The notes: generated from the letters alone by a model not told the origin. Shown: positions 20,704 through 31,075, counted from the stretch's first letter. The stretch is DNA of 64,000 nt from Alphaproteobacteria bacterium (GCA_965216755.1 CBDCGL010000011.1:2208001-2272000), one strand, 5' to 3'. Translations and numbers: made by a program.

Positions 20704-21657
20704 ATGACCCGATACATTGTGCGGCGCATTATTGAATCTCTCATTGTTATCATACTGATGTCATGGTTGATCTACTGGCTGATGGCCCTGATGCCGGGTG
20801 ATCCGATCGATATCATGGTGCAATCAGATCCAAACCTGACTCCGGCCGACGCGGCGCGGCTTAAGGCGCTCTACGGCCTCGACAAGCCTATTTGGGCGCG
20901 CTACGGCAATTGGTTATCGGCCGCGCTGCAGGGCGATTTCGGTTATTCGCGCATCCACAACCAACCGGTGATGACAGTGCTGGGTCCGCGACTGTCGAAC
21001 ACGCTGCTGTTGATGGGCCTGAGCTTCGCCGTGTCGCTCGCCCTGGCGCTGCCAATTGGAATCTACTCCGCCCTGCGGCCCTATACCCTCACAGACTACG
21101 CGATTAACGCCATTGCGCTGGCCGGGATTTCGGTGCCGGTATTCTGGCTGGCCTTGCTGATGATCATCGTTTTTTCGGTTGAACTGGGCTGGCTGCCGGC
21201 GGGTGGCATGGGCAGCGCGACAGACGCCGGAATATGGGACCGCGTCACCTATCTGGTCATGCCCGTTGTCGCCCTAAGTGTCGCCAACATTGGCGGTCTG
21301 ACACGTTTCGTGCGTGCCGCGATGATGGAAGTCATGCGCCAAGACTTCATCCGCACGGCACGGGCCAAGGGGTTGCCGCGCCGCATGGTGGTCTACAAAC
21401 ACGCCCTGCGCAATGCCATGATCCCGGTCGCGACCATCATTGCCTTGAGCTTTGGCACCTTGTTCTCTGGCGCGCTGATCACAGAGACCATGTTCGCATA
21501 TTTGGGCATGGGCAAGCTGATCTACGATTCGATCATCGGCAACGATTATAACGTTGCGCTGGTCAGTTTGTTGTTCGCGACGACGTTGATATTGCTTAGC
21601 AATTTGCTCGCCGATTTGAGTTATGCGTGGCTCGATCCGCGGGTGCGGTATCGCTAG
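20704..21657 (+). CDS. Peptide ABC transporter permease (DppB-like)
   Basis: MPGDP, YGLDKP, GDFGYS, TARAKGL and LDPRV motifs. Confidence 0.92.
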   Translation: MTRYIVRRIIESLIVIILMSWLIYWLMALMPGDPIDIMVQSDPNLTPADAARLKALYGLDKPIWARYGNWLSAALQGDFGYSRIHNQPVMTVLGPRLSNTLLLMGLSFAVSLALALPIGIYSALRPYTLTDYAINAIALAGISVPVFWLALLMIIVFSVELGWLPAGGMGSATDAGIWDRVTYLVMPVVALSVANIGGLTRFVRAAMMEVMRQDFIRTARAKGLPRRMVVYKHALRNAMIPVATIIALSFGTLFSGALITETMFAYLGMGKLIYDSIIGNDYNVALVSLLFATTLILLSNLLADLSYAWLDPRVRYR

Positions 21658-21659
21658 CG

Positions 21660-22580
21660 ATGACCGATTTGACCGCACATCGGCGTGAGTCGATCGCCGC
21701 GCTGACCCTGCGCCGCTTCGCCAGCCACCGCGCGGCCGTGGTTAGCGCCGTCGTTCTGGCAATCCTGATTGCGCTTGCTGCGGCCGCACCGCTGCTCGAT
21801 CGGGCCATGGCGATCGATCCGAATGAGGTCGATTTGCTCAACCGATTTGCCGCGCCGCGCTGGGCACACCCGTTGGGTACCGACGAACTGGGTCGCGATC
21901 TCATGCTGCGGCTCCTCCATGGTGGCCGGGTTTCTCTTTTCGCCGGATTGGTGACGGCGGTATTGGCGGCGTTTCTGGGTGTGCTGATCGGCTTGCCGGC
22001 TGGATATCTGGGCGGTTGGCTGGATGCGATCTTGATGCGTCTCACCGACAGCGTTATCGCGCTGCCGCTCTTGCCATTGCTGATTGTTATGGCCGCCATT
22101 GACCTAACCAAACTGGGACTACCCGCCGATTTGGCAACCAGCCCGGATGTCAGCCTTTATCGTATCGTGATCATCATCGCCCTGGTCGGCTGGACAACCG
22201 TCGCCCGCTTGGTCCGCGGCGCGGCGCTGTCCCTGCGCGAACGTGATTTCGTGATCGCAGCCATATCGCAGGGCGCCGGGCCGGTACGGATCATGGTTCG
22301 CCACATTTTGCCCAATGCCGTGTCGCCGATCATCGTCGCGACGACCCTGTCGGTGGGCAATATTATCTTGCTGGAATCGGTGCTCAGTTTTCTCGGTCTT
22401 GGCATTCAGCCGCCGATTGCCAGTTGGGGCAACATGCTGACCAATGCCCAAGAATTGATCTACGAGGCGCCGATGCTGGCGGTTTATCCGGGCCTCGCCA
22501 TCTTCGTCACCGTGATCGCCTTCAATTTCCTTGGCGACGGCCTGCAAGACGCCCTCGATCCGCGCGCCCTGGGGCGCTAA
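21660..22580 (+). CDS. Peptide ABC transporter permease (DppC-like)
   Basis: HPLGTDELGRD, RHILPN, LSFLGLG and GDGLQDALDPR motifs. Confidence 0.92.
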   Translation: MTDLTAHRRESIAALTLRRFASHRAAVVSAVVLAILIALAAAAPLLDRAMAIDPNEVDLLNRFAAPRWAHPLGTDELGRDLMLRLLHGGRVSLFAGLVTAVLAAFLGVLIGLPAGYLGGWLDAILMRLTDSVIALPLLPLLIVMAAIDLTKLGLPADLATSPDVSLYRIVIIIALVGWTTVARLVRGAALSLRERDFVIAAISQGAGPVRIMVRHILPNAVSPIIVATTLSVGNIILLESVLSFLGLGIQPPIASWGNMLTNAQELIYEAPMLAVYPGLAIFVTVIAFNFLGDGLQDALDPRALGR

Positions 22581-23446
22581 TGAGGGATGAGCGCTATATG
22601 TTTGCTGACTAACTCAGTGTCGGGTTGGATCAATGAATCGACAATCGAAAAATGATCCAAGTCCTTTGGAACATAGACCTCCGCCGGATAGCCGAGGCCC
22701 CGCCAAAACTCATCCATAACGCGGGTTTGTCGATGATATTCCTCTGACTCATCGTCGCCCAATACGATCAATATCGGCGCCGCAACAGGGTAGTTTTGCG
22801 CCACCGGGGTATTGCGCGCGGTTACCGCCGCGTCCATGCCCAAGACATCATTGAGGTAGCACAGGCGGATCGGTTCCATTTCATAGAGCCCGCTGATCGT
22901 GCTGCCGGCCTTGACCAGGTCGGTCGGCAAGCCGGCGCCAAACGCTGGCCAATCGGTTGCCAACAACATCATCACCAAATGGCCACCGGCGGAGTGACCA
23001 CAGGCCGTGATCCGGTTTGGATCGGCGCCGTACGCGGCGGCATGTTGATACAGCCACGCGAGCGCCGCCCGGTTTTGGCGGACAATCTCGTCCATGCCGT
23101 GGTCCGGGGCAAGCGCGTAGTTGATTACCGCGACCGAAACGCCATGGGCCACCATGCCTTCGGCAACGTATGAGAAATCTGCTTTGTCGAGCGACTGCCA
23201 GTAGCCGCCGTGGATAAACACCCACAACGGCGCGTTCGGCGACGCCGCGGGAAATATGTCGAGCCTTTCCGTCGCCGCCGGACCGTAGGACAAATCCAGA
23301 CGGCAGGTCAATTTGTCACGCGTCTCCGCGCTCCACGCCTGCCATTTGGTGAAATGCTCAATATATCTCGGGAAACGTTTTCGATTGTTGTATTGGGCGT
23401 CCAGGCTGGCCCGGTCGAATTCGCGAAATATGATCGGTCCACCCAT
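22577..23446 (-). CDS. Alpha/beta hydrolase, arylformamidase (kynurenine formamidase)-like
   Basis: LDAQYNNR, FIHGGYW, GHSAGGHL and DHF motifs. Confidence 0.85.
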   Translation of the reverse strand: MGGPIIFREFDRASLDAQYNNRKRFPRYIEHFTKWQAWSAETRDKLTCRLDLSYGPAATERLDIFPAASPNAPLWVFIHGGYWQSLDKADFSYVAEGMVAHGVSVAVINYALAPDHGMDEIVRQNRAALAWLYQHAAAYGADPNRITACGHSAGGHLVMMLLATDWPAFGAGLPTDLVKAGSTISGLYEMEPIRLCYLNDVLGMDAAVTARNTPVAQNYPVAAPILIVLGDDESEEYHRQTRVMDEFWRGLGYPAEVYVPKDLDHFSIVDSLIQPDTELVSKHIALIPH

Positions 23447-23504
23447 TCTCCGCGCCTTCCCCGTTGTTTGTCGTCGGCATGTCCACGCTTTGCCGGATCA
23501 GCTG

Positions 23505-24026
23505 TTACGCGCTCGCCGATTCCTTGATGCGCTCGTCGATCCTCACTTTTTGGCCCGGTGTCGGCATCTGGGTACCGTCGACTTTGATCGTCTCGTAGAC
23601 AGCGGGGCTGGTGATCTCGAGCAACTCCAAATCGACCGAATAGTCCTTCAGCTCGTGCAGGGTATTGCCGGGGATCGTGACCGCGTCCCCTTCTTCATAT
23701 TTGATCAAGCCATGGTCTTCGTAGAAAAACGACACCCATCCCTTCAGCACCATCGCGAACTGCCAATCAACCACATGACGGTGCAGTCCGTTATGGCCAC
23801 CATCCAGATGCTTCGCCTTGATGATATGAGCGTGAACGTGCCCCTTGGTCGCGTCCGCGATGCCCAGATCGCGATACATAAACTCCTCGCGCAGCCCGTC
23901 GGTCTCATATTCGGCGCCATTTGCCTGGCGCACCTCAAAAGTGTAGTCGGCAGGATTGGTTTGCCCGTTTCCGGCGGCAGTCTCTGACACGATCGTGGCC
24001 TCCTTCGGCCCTTTCTTGGATGCCAA
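23505..24026 (-). CDS. Cupin domain protein
   Basis: YRDLGIADAT, HRH...Q...VLKGW and GD...IPG...HE cupin motifs. Confidence 0.8.
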   Translation of the reverse strand: MASKKGPKEATIVSETAAGNGQTNPADYTFEVRQANGAEYETDGLREEFMYRDLGIADATKGHVHAHIIKAKHLDGGHNGLHRHVVDWQFAMVLKGWVSFFYEDHGLIKYEEGDAVTIPGNTLHELKDYSVDLELLEITSPAVYETIKVDGTQMPTPGQKVRIDERIKESASA

Positions 24027-24125
24027 ATCCTACCACCCGAATCAAGTTGCCCGCAATCGGCCTAGGTCCCGTTACTTGCCCTCGAATTAACGGATTTTCA
24101 GGGAAGAAATGGGACTGAGGAGGGT

Positions 24126-25316
24126 GTGATCACGCTTTTCGACAAATCTTGGCACCGGATGTCCCGGCGCGCCTCGATGGTGCTGGCCACCGCGTTCATG
24201 TGGCTGGCGACCGCGCTTGCGGGCTATAGCCTCGCCGCCGACGGTGACCCGGCCGGCCTCTATGAAGGTGTCCGCGCGTTCCAAGACGGCGACTATGCAC
24301 ATGCGATGACGGCGCTCCGACCGCTCGCCAAGGGCGGCCACGGCGAAGCCCAATACTATGTCGGGTTCATGTATGGCCAGGGCCTCGGCGTTGCGCAAGA
24401 CCATGATCTTGCGGTGTCCTGGTATGAAAAGGCTGCCGGCACCGGCCATATGGGCGCGCAAAACTATCTCGGCATGATGTATTTCGAAGGCCGTGACGTC
24501 GCTCGGGACTTCACAAGGGCCTTTGTCTATTTCGAACTTGCCGCCGCCAGCGGCAACCAGGACGCGGCCAACAATCGCCTCATCGTGGCGCGCAAGATGA
24601 CCTCCGAGCAGATCGCAGAAGCCCAGCAACAGGCGCGCGACATTCTGGCCGCGGCTGATCAGAAAAACGCCGGCCTTTCACCGCGCCGTTTGTCCAGCGG
24701 CGTCATTGCGTCCTCAGACGGTCATATCCTGACACATTTTCGCGCGGTCGACGGCTGCGAAGACCTGCGCATCCGCGTAGATGGTCAGACCATGCCGGGC
24801 GAAATCGCGGTTCTCGATCGATTCAATGGTTTGGCGCTGATTTCGGCGCCGATATCGTTCGCCGCCGCCGTGGCGTTTCGAACGACAGCCGCCCGTATCG
24901 GGGAATCCGTGGTCGTGATGGCCCACCATTTGGACGAAGACCGCAAGCCAGCGCTGCGTGAGACCGAGACAGCCATATTCGAATCGGATCGTTTGGAACG
25001 AGTCGACCATCGCTATTTACAGCTGTCATCGCAATTGACCGACCTGGACCTCGGCGCGCCCGTGTTTGACTTGAGTGGCCATGTACTGGCGATAGCGGAG
25101 CCAGGTCTGCGTCCCAACTTGATCGCCAAAGTTCATGGCCGCCCGCCCGAGGCCCTCTCTTTCGCGTTGAATGGGGTCACCTTGCGATTGCCGTTCGACA
25201 TGAACGGCGTGCGCTATGACGAAGCGCCGCCCGATGGCCCCAAAACACGCGCTGAATTGAGCGATTGGGGAGCCGCGGTCACGGTCGCGATCGAGTGCTG
25301 GCGCCTGGCAGAATAG
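24126..25316 (+). CDS. Exported Sel1-repeat protein fused to a degenerate trypsin-like domain
   Basis: Signal peptide; Sel1 repeats (AQYYVGFMYGQGLGV; AQNYLGMMYFEG); C-terminal Trypsin_2-like segments with the catalytic residues replaced. Confidence 0.75.
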   Translation: MITLFDKSWHRMSRRASMVLATAFMWLATALAGYSLAADGDPAGLYEGVRAFQDGDYAHAMTALRPLAKGGHGEAQYYVGFMYGQGLGVAQDHDLAVSWYEKAAGTGHMGAQNYLGMMYFEGRDVARDFTRAFVYFELAAASGNQDAANNRLIVARKMTSEQIAEAQQQARDILAAADQKNAGLSPRRLSSGVIASSDGHILTHFRAVDGCEDLRIRVDGQTMPGEIAVLDRFNGLALISAPISFAAAVAFRTTAARIGESVVVMAHHLDEDRKPALRETETAIFESDRLERVDHRYLQLSSQLTDLDLGAPVFDLSGHVLAIAEPGLRPNLIAKVHGRPPEALSFALNGVTLRLPFDMNGVRYDEAPPDGPKTRAELSDWGAAVTVAIECWRLAE

Positions 25317-25559
25317 GTCTTTTCACAACGCCTTGGCGACAATTTGGCGAGGCATCCGCGGGATTCGACCGGTTGCCATGAAGCTGCCTTTTTCCGGCCC
25401 AAGATTGGCCAAACTGCGCTGCGATAAGAACCATGCTGTCTAACGTGTTCGGGAGTTCTTGATTCAATCATACGACCGACCCACATAGGCGACGGGATCA
25501 ACCGGCCGTGCCACGGTTCCAAGCGCCGAGTGAGTTGGTGCCGTGTGCAATAGACCGAA

Positions 25560-25663
25560 CCCAACCTCCCCTGGCGGGACGATCCGTATCCCTCCCCCCC
25601 TGTTCGGATGCTGCATGTCCCGCCGACTTCCTCGCCCCCTCCGTGATTGGAGGGGGTTTTTTT
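25560..25663 (+). ncRNA. Putative small RNA or leader with C-rich anti-SD loop and intrinsic terminator
   Basis: Stem GGCGGGAC/GTCCCGCC encloses ATCCG/CGGAT with loop TATCCCTCCCCCCCTGTT, followed by a terminator. The 5' end is approximate. Confidence 0.55.
25635..25663 (+). terminator. Rho-independent terminator
   Basis: CCCCCTCC-GTGATT-GGAGGGGG followed by T7. Confidence 0.85.
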
Positions 25664-25818
25664 GTCGGCGGGCGATACGGAAATTTCCGGTCGTCCTGGC
25701 TAGGCAACCTGTCGCAAAGGCAAAAAATCAGTCATAGTGGCAGCGATGAGTTGGGGGCACTGGTCGGTCAAGACCGCGACAGGCAGGGTGCCGCTGAGGT
25801 AAACGCGAACGAGCCCAT

Positions 25819-26700
25819 ATGCAAAAGATTGCGCCGTCGCAACGCGGAGCAACCGTCGACGTCACCTTCGCCGACCACCGTTACACGCCGACCAAAACCG
25901 CCGGCGAGGAGAACTTTCCCGTCGGTTCGTGGCTGCTGCCGGCGCATCTGCGGCAACATGTCGCGACCTACTACGATTTCGCCCGCGCCATCGATGACAT
26001 CGCGGACGATCCCCACCGAGCGGCCGCCCAGAAGATTGCTGAGCTGGACGCCATGGAAGCCGTGTTGCGTGGGCGTGAGCCCGTCAATGACATGGAGGTC
26101 CGTGCGGCGCGATTGCACCGAAGCCTGACCGCGACACGGATTCCCATCGCCCATGGCACCGACCTGTGTATCGCTTTCCGGCGTGATGCCATCAAGCACC
26201 GATACAGCGACTGGGTTGATTTGATGCACTATTGCCGCTATTCGGCGGCCCCGGTGGGCCGTTACCTGCTCGATCTTCACGGCGAAAATCGTGATACATG
26301 GCCGGCCGCCGATGCCCTGTGCGCATCGCTGCAGGTGATCAATCACTTGCAGGATTGCCGGCAGGATTACCTGACCCTGGATCGGGTGTATCTGCCAAGC
26401 AACTGGATTCACGCCGCTGGCGCGCGTTTTGAGTCTCTGGCCGCAAAAGCCGTTACACCGGCCCTGCGCGCGGTTCTTGACCAGTGTCTCGACGGTGTCG
26501 ACGCATTGAACCGCGAAGCCGCGTCGCTGCCCGGTCTGATTCGCAATCGGCGCATGCGATTGGAAGCCGCCGTAATCGTCGACATCGCACACCGTCTGGC
26601 GAGATTGTTGCGCCGGCGCGACCCGCTCGCCGAACGTGTCAAGTTGGCAGCCATGCATAAAATATTGTGTCTGCTGGGTGGCCTGAGGCGATCCCTGTGA
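25819..26700 (+). CDS. hpnC: Squalene synthase HpnC
   Basis: ENFPVGSWLLP, FARAIDDIAD, YCRYSAAPVGR and LQVINHLQD; first gene of hpnCDE. Confidence 0.93.
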   Translation: MQKIAPSQRGATVDVTFADHRYTPTKTAGEENFPVGSWLLPAHLRQHVATYYDFARAIDDIADDPHRAAAQKIAELDAMEAVLRGREPVNDMEVRAARLHRSLTATRIPIAHGTDLCIAFRRDAIKHRYSDWVDLMHYCRYSAAPVGRYLLDLHGENRDTWPAADALCASLQVINHLQDCRQDYLTLDRVYLPSNWIHAAGARFESLAAKAVTPALRAVLDQCLDGVDALNREAASLPGLIRNRRMRLEAAVIVDIAHRLARLLRRRDPLAERVKLAAMHKILCLLGGLRRSL

Positions 26701-27569
26701 GCGCGGCCGAAATCACCGATCGCGAGGCCAATAGCCACGTCGAGACTATGGTGCGCCAGGCCGGCTCGTCGTTCTATTGGGGTATGCGGTTGCTGCCGCC
26801 AATGAAACAATCGGCGATGTACGCAATATACGCCTTTTGCCGCGCGGTCGACGATGTTGCCGATGAACCTGCCCCACAAACGGGCAAATTAGCGGCGCTA
26901 GACCGGTGGCGCCACGAGGTGGTGGCGATTTTCGATAATCGCCCGACGACGTTAATCGGCCGCGCCTTGGTCGACCCGGTGCGGCGTTTCAGCCTCGCGC
27001 AGCGCGATTTCAACGCGATCCTTGATGGTGTCGAGACCGACGCGCGCGGACCGGTCACCGCCCCGACGATGGCGGATCTGGAGACTTATTGCGCACGGGT
27101 CGCCGGTGCGGTGGGACTGCTATCCGTACGAGTCTTTGAATGCCGCCATCGCCTTGCCGACACCTTCGCCCTTGCCACCGGCCACGCCCTTCAATTGACA
27201 AACATTTTGCGCGACATTGATGAAGATGCCGAAGTCGGTCGACTTTATTTGCCGCGCGAATTGCTGCTGGCGGCAAATATCGATACAACAGTCCCCATCG
27301 AGGTGCGGCGTCATCCCAATCTTGGCCAAGCTTGTGCAGCCCTCGCCGCAATCGCAGAAAGGCGTTTCGACGAAGCCGATGAACTGCGCACAGCCATGCC
27401 AGCAACCGCGGCGGCGACTTTGCGGTCCGCGGTCATTATGACCGCCATGTATCGACGCATTCTGGGCCGCCTGTCGGCGCGCGGCTGGAACGCATTGGAG
27501 CAGCCGGTGCGCTTGGGCCGCGCTGAGAAACTATGGCTAGCGATCCGCCACGGCATGCTGCCCACCTGA
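26697..27569 (+). CDS. hpnD: Presqualene diphosphate synthase HpnD
   Basis: GSSFYWGMRLL, FCRAVDDVAD, LQLTNILRDIDED and GRLYLP; GTGA overlap with hpnC. Confidence 0.93.
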   Translation: MSAAEITDREANSHVETMVRQAGSSFYWGMRLLPPMKQSAMYAIYAFCRAVDDVADEPAPQTGKLAALDRWRHEVVAIFDNRPTTLIGRALVDPVRRFSLAQRDFNAILDGVETDARGPVTAPTMADLETYCARVAGAVGLLSVRVFECRHRLADTFALATGHALQLTNILRDIDEDAEVGRLYLPRELLLAANIDTTVPIEVRRHPNLGQACAALAAIAERRFDEADELRTAMPATAAATLRSAVIMTAMYRRILGRLSARGWNALEQPVRLGRAEKLWLAIRHGMLPT

Positions 27570-27573
27570 TGAC

Positions 27574-28920
27574 ATGACCGGCACTGTTCATATCGTCGGC
27601 GCGGGATTGGCTGGCTTGGCCGCCGGCGTTGAATTGACCGACAAGGGTGTCGACGTGGTTGTCTACGAGGCTGCGGGCCACGCCGGCGGCCGTTGCCGAT
27701 CGCTTTATGACCGCACACTCGGCGCAATGATTGACAATGGCAATCATCTGATCATGGCCGGCAACCGGGCCACGTTTCGTTACCTAGAGGCAATCGGCGC
27801 AAGTGACAGGTTTACCACCGTGGCACCAGCGCGCTTTCCGTTTCTTGACCTGGAGACCGGGGAACGCTGGACCGTTCGCCCCAACCAGGGCCCTATTCCG
27901 TGGTGGATGTTTTCGCCCAGTGGCCGCATTCCCGGCACCAAAGCTGTCGATTATTTGAGGGCGGCGCGGCTGCCAATCGCGCATCGTCACGCAACGGTGG
28001 CTGAAGTGTTGGGCGCCGCAAGAACCTTGTACAAACGATTGTGGGAACCGCTGGCAACCGCAGCCCTGAACACGGACCCGAGCGAAGCCGCCGCGCGTCT
28101 ATTATGGCCAGTTGTGGCTGAAACATTTTTGCGGGGCGAGGCATTTTGTCGCCCCTATGTGGCGACCGACGGTCTATCGCATGCCCTGATCGATCCCGCG
28201 CTCGCCAAGATCGGCGCCGGCCGTGTGCGATTCGGCCATCGGTTGCGTGGGCTTGACCGTGACGGGGCACGCGTGACGGGTCTGGCCTTCGGCCGCGACG
28301 ATGTCGCGCTGGGCAGCCAGGATAGCCTGGTCTTGGCGCTGCCGCCCGCGGCGACCAAGGCTCTATTGCCCGATATCGAAGTACCGGGTGAGAGCCGCAC
28401 CATTGTCAATGCCCACTTCCGACTTGACCACGCCCCGTTGTTGCCGGATCAGTCGCCCTTGATGGGCTTGATCGGGGGTGTCGCGCAATGGCTGTTTGTG
28501 CGCGGCCGAATGGTGTCCGTAACCGTCAGCGCTGCCGATTCCTTGGCCGCTCAGACCAGCGAGACCATTGCAACGGTTTTGTGGCGCGACGTTGCGCGCG
28601 CCTTGGCCCTGGACGAAAGTAGACCATCGCCCAGTCGCGTGATCAACGAGCGTCGCGCGACAATCGCGCAAACACCGGTCGAAAATCAGCGCCGACCATC
28701 CAGCGAAACACGTTTCGCCAATCTTTTTCTCGCTGGCGACTGGATCGATACCGGCCTGCCGGCAACCATCGAAAGCGCCGTCCGCGCCGGCCAACATGCC
28801 GCAGCGTTGGCACAGACCTACCGCCGGCCGTTAGCGGTCGGTTTGGCCCGCCGCGAAATATTGCCGGTTGCCGACAACGCGGCCGCCGCCGATCGCGGCC
28901 CCAAAAAAGCCATACATTAG
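27574..28920 (+). CDS. hpnE: Hydroxysqualene dehydroxylase HpnE (FAD-dependent)
   Basis: GAGLAG, GGRCRS, IDNGNHL, IVNAHF and LAGDWIDTGLPATIESAVRAG motifs. Confidence 0.93.
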   Translation: MTGTVHIVGAGLAGLAAGVELTDKGVDVVVYEAAGHAGGRCRSLYDRTLGAMIDNGNHLIMAGNRATFRYLEAIGASDRFTTVAPARFPFLDLETGERWTVRPNQGPIPWWMFSPSGRIPGTKAVDYLRAARLPIAHRHATVAEVLGAARTLYKRLWEPLATAALNTDPSEAAARLLWPVVAETFLRGEAFCRPYVATDGLSHALIDPALAKIGAGRVRFGHRLRGLDRDGARVTGLAFGRDDVALGSQDSLVLALPPAATKALLPDIEVPGESRTIVNAHFRLDHAPLLPDQSPLMGLIGGVAQWLFVRGRMVSVTVSAADSLAAQTSETIATVLWRDVARALALDESRPSPSRVINERRATIAQTPVENQRRPSSETRFANLFLAGDWIDTGLPATIESAVRAGQHAAALAQTYRRPLAVGLARREILPVADNAAAADRGPKKAIH

Positions 28921-29135
28921 GCTAACTATAGCCACCACCAGTTGCACAAATGACACGGAATCAACAGCTTCACTGATGGTCTTCGCTGCGATCCATTAAA
29001 CCAAATTGAAACAAAGGGTTTTTGCCGTTAGGTTTTTTGATTTGCGACGTGTGACGAAATGCATCAATGGGCCCGCGCCGTGTCGGCGGCGCGGTGGCAT
29101 GAACGGGCTGAGTTCAGCCCCTGGGGAGACGAGCA

Positions 29136-31058
29136 ATTAGCACAAAAGACGAACCAACGTTGCTCGACCAGGTGACGTGGCCCAAGGATCTGCGGCAACT
29201 GCCAGAGTCCGACTTGCGCCGTGTGGCGGACGAACTGCGGCAAGAGGTCATTGAAGTCGTCTCGCATACCGGTGGCCATCTCGGCGCGGGGCTCGGTGTT
29301 GTCGAGCTCACCGTCGCGCTCCATTATGTGTTCGATACGCCCCGTGATCGCTTGATTTGGGACGTCGGCCATCAAGCCTATCCTCACAAGATCCTTACCG
29401 GTCGACGCAGCCGCATGCGGACTTTGCGTCAGCCTGGTGGTTTGTCCGGTTTCACCAAACGCAGCGAAAGCGTCTACGACCCGTTTGGCGCGGCGCATTC
29501 ATCGACATCGATTTCCTCCGGTCTTGGCATGGCCGTCGCGCGGGACTTGGACAAGGGCGACAATCGGGTCGTCGCGGTGATTGGCGACGGCGCCATGAGT
29601 GCCGGCATGGCCTACGAGGCCATGAACAATGCTGGAACAATGAACAGCCGACTGATCGTTGTTTTGAACGACAATGATATGTCAATCGCGCCACCTGTCG
29701 GCGCGATGAGCGCCTATTTGTCGCGGCTCATATCGTCACATTCCTATCGCAGCCTGCGCTATGTGGCGGCGCTCGTCGCGCGCAAGTTTCCACGCCCAAT
29801 GGAACAAGCGTTCAAGCGCGCTGAGGAATATGCGCGCGGCATGGTGACCGGCGGGACTCTGTTTGAGGAGCTGGGTTTCTATTATGTCGGTCCGATCGAT
29901 GGCCACAATCTCGATCATTTGCTGCCAATCCTGAAGAACATACGGGACGAGCCGGCTGGCGGCCCGGTGCTCTTGCACGTCGTAACCCGCAAGGGTCACG
30001 GCTACTCGCCGGCCGAAGCCTCAGCCGACAAGTTTCACGGCGTCAGCAAATTTGACGTGGTCACCGGCGCGCAAGCGAAGAAAAAGGGCAACGCCCCCAG
30101 TTATACCTCGGTCTTTGCCAAGGCACTGATCGAGGAAGCCAGACATGACGACAAGATCGTGGCGATCTCCGCGGCCATGCCATCAGGCACGGGCATCGAC
30201 AAATTTGCCGACATATTTCCGGACCGGGCCTTCGACGTCGGGATTGCCGAGCAACACGCGGTCACTTTTGCCGCGGGGCTTGCCACAGAAGGCTACAAGC
30301 CGTTCGCGGCGATCTATTCGACTTTTCTGCAGCGCGGCTATGATCAGGTTGTCCATGACGTGGCCATCCAGGAATTGCCGGTGCGTTTCGCCATTGATCG
30401 GGCCGGCTTGGTCGGCGCTGACGGTCCGACCCACGCCGGGTCGTTTGACATCACTTGTCTGTCGGCCTTGCCCGGATTCGTCGTCATGGCTGCGGCGGAC
30501 GAGGCCGAACTCATGCATATGATCGCGACCGCCGCGCAGATCGATGATCGCCCCAGTGCCGTGCGCTATCCGCGCGGCGAGGGCTCGGGCGTCGATTTGC
30601 CCGAACGCGGTACTCCTTTGGAGATTGGCAAGGGCCGTGTTCTGCGCGAGGGCACGACGGTCGCCATCCTGTCGTTAGGCGCGCGATTGGGTGAATGCAT
30701 AAGGGCCGCCGACGACTTGGCCGCGCGCGGTCTGTCAACGACCGTGGCCGATGCCCGTTTTGCAAAACCCTTGGACACGGCTTTGCTCAGGCGCCTGGCG
30801 GCCAATCACGAAGTGCTCGTAACGATTGAAGAAGGCGCCGTGGGCGGTTTCGCGGCCCATGTTCTGACCTATTTGGCCAAAGAAGGGCTGCTCGACCGCG
30901 GCTTGAAAATTCGGCCGATGATGTTGCCCGATCGCTTCATTGATCACGGCACGCCGGCCGGAATGTACGAGGAGGCCGCGTTGACCGCCGCTGATATCGT
31001 CTCGACCGCTATGGCCGCCTTGGCGCGTGGTTCCGATCTCGCGGCCGAGCTGGCCTAG
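29136..31058 (+). CDS. dxs: 1-deoxy-D-xylulose-5-phosphate synthase (start either ATT 29136 or TTG 29160)
   Basis: [28 protein letters not shown]...LNDN (TPP motif), DVGIAEQH and [13 protein letters not shown]. Confidence 0.96.
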   Translation: MSTKDEPTLLDQVTWPKDLRQLPESDLRRVADELRQEVIEVVSHTGGHLGAGLGVVELTVALHYVFDTPRDRLIWDVGHQAYPHKILTGRRSRMRTLRQPGGLSGFTKRSESVYDPFGAAHSSTSISSGLGMAVARDLDKGDNRVVAVIGDGAMSAGMAYEAMNNAGTMNSRLIVVLNDNDMSIAPPVGAMSAYLSRLISSHSYRSLRYVAALVARKFPRPMEQAFKRAEEYARGMVTGGTLFEELGFYYVGPIDGHNLDHLLPILKNIRDEPAGGPVLLHVVTRKGHGYSPAEASADKFHGVSKFDVVTGAQAKKKGNAPSYTSVFAKALIEEARHDDKIVAISAAMPSGTGIDKFADIFPDRAFDVGIAEQHAVTFAAGLATEGYKPFAAIYSTFLQRGYDQVVHDVAIQELPVRFAIDRAGLVGADGPTHAGSFDITCLSALPGFVVMAAADEAELMHMIATAAQIDDRPSAVRYPRGEGSGVDLPERGTPLEIGKGRVLREGTTVAILSLGARLGECIRAADDLAARGLSTTVADARFAKPLDTALLRRLAANHEVLVTIEEGAVGGFAAHVLTYLAKEGLLDRGLKIRPMMLPDRFIDHGTPAGMYEEAALTAADIVSTAMAALARGSDLAAELA

Positions 31059-31075
31059 CGGTTGGACAGGGCGGG

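Noticed and set aside
23505-24026. Cupin as a DMSP lyase (DddW/K/Q/L)
   Set aside because: Lacks the H-x-H-x3-E-x-Y arrangement of those lyases (reads HRHVVDWQF) and is far from acuI.
29060-29135. Possible TPP riboswitch upstream of dxs (GGGCTGAG, hairpins)
   Set aside because: Lacks the GCTGAGA...ACCTGA core of the THI-box; only two simple hairpins.
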